DNA of 64,000 bases from Pelomyxa schiedti (lineage: Eukaryota > Protista > Evosea). The number at the start of each line of letters is the position of its first letter. The stretch's first letter is position 1. Positions 63,437 through 64,000 of this stretch are shown piece after piece. Both the position numbers and the translations under genes were made by a program. Location: assembly GCA_020536535.1 (NCBI GenBank), contig JAHLWZ010000714.1:1-64000 (forward strand), given 5' to 3'. The notes below the pieces were generated by a model. It was given only the letters and a program-made list of their open reading frames with translations, ran no database searches and was not told where the DNA came from.

Positions 63437-64000
63437 TCTAGATCTTGCAGCAGATGCGTCGGTTTAATACTCAAAGACTGTGCGTTGGTGTCTCCCGAAA
63501 AAACCACCAAACAGACTCGTGTCCTCTGGGCGACAGACCGCCTCAGCAAATATTTTAGGTTTTTGTGGCTTTTACGGCAATTTGGGGTTTGATAGGTTCG
63601 GGCACTGAGAATTCGGCGAGAAATTCGATCACCAAACGCAACAATGTGACGTTCCTTGGTGTTGTGTGCTTGTTGTTGCATCAGACGAAATACTGGTCCA
63701 GCCACTGTGAATAACGAGAGGCCAGCCTGCGTTGCATTTCGAAGTGGCAAACGGTTTTGTCATTAAGGACTGTGGTGACGAAGTCCCTTTCACTTTTGGG
63801 AGTGAAGCTAAATCACAGTTAGGGCAATGGGGAAACGTGAATGGGTACCATTGTGTATCTGTCTTGCTTGTTGTCTGGTCCGCATCGGTGAGCTGAAGCC
63901 CGTTAGTATCGGGAGGAAACCCCAAGGGGTGCTTACTGTATTATCAGTGGAGTGGTTCAGGGTTTGGTGGGACCAAACGGTTTCGTAGCAACTCCTGCAT

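Noticed and set aside
63827-64000. Possible gene start MGKREWVPLCICLACCLVRI running off the window
   Set aside because: Too short and the frame/splicing is ambiguous; needs downstream sequence

Overview
Gene-dense eukaryotic DNA with very many short introns (mostly about 40-60 nt) and microexons, so the ORF track shows only exon fragments. The gene models below were assembled by hand, and some ends are approximate. The gene content (LisH-RasGEF, IPT/TIG surface protein, bacterial-type Fe-ADHs, PP2C-like protein) suggests an amoebozoan, possibly an anaerobic archamoeba; this is an inference. Recognisable genes: ATG1/ULK kinase, LisH-RasGEF, two Fe-ADHs, PRP40, TMEM181-like, C2-LRR, dual-specificity phosphatase, SLBP, IPT/TIG receptor, PP2C-like, Trk K+ transporter, an F-box-like gene with a truncated duplicate, and TOR. 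The main signals missing from the ORF track are: (1) a SelS-like selenoprotein with a penultimate UGA and a canonical SECIS; (2) an SRP (7SL) RNA with an apparently reduced Alu domain; (3) an SLBP carrying eIF4E-binding and PAM2-like motifs; (4) a PTS2-tagged bacterial-type Fe-ADH; (5) a reelin-repeat-like/IPT/bacterial-Ig chimeric receptor; (6) a putative element with telomere-like CACCCTAA termini abutting three truncated genes; (7) a GA-AG intron inside the HRD motif of ATG1.
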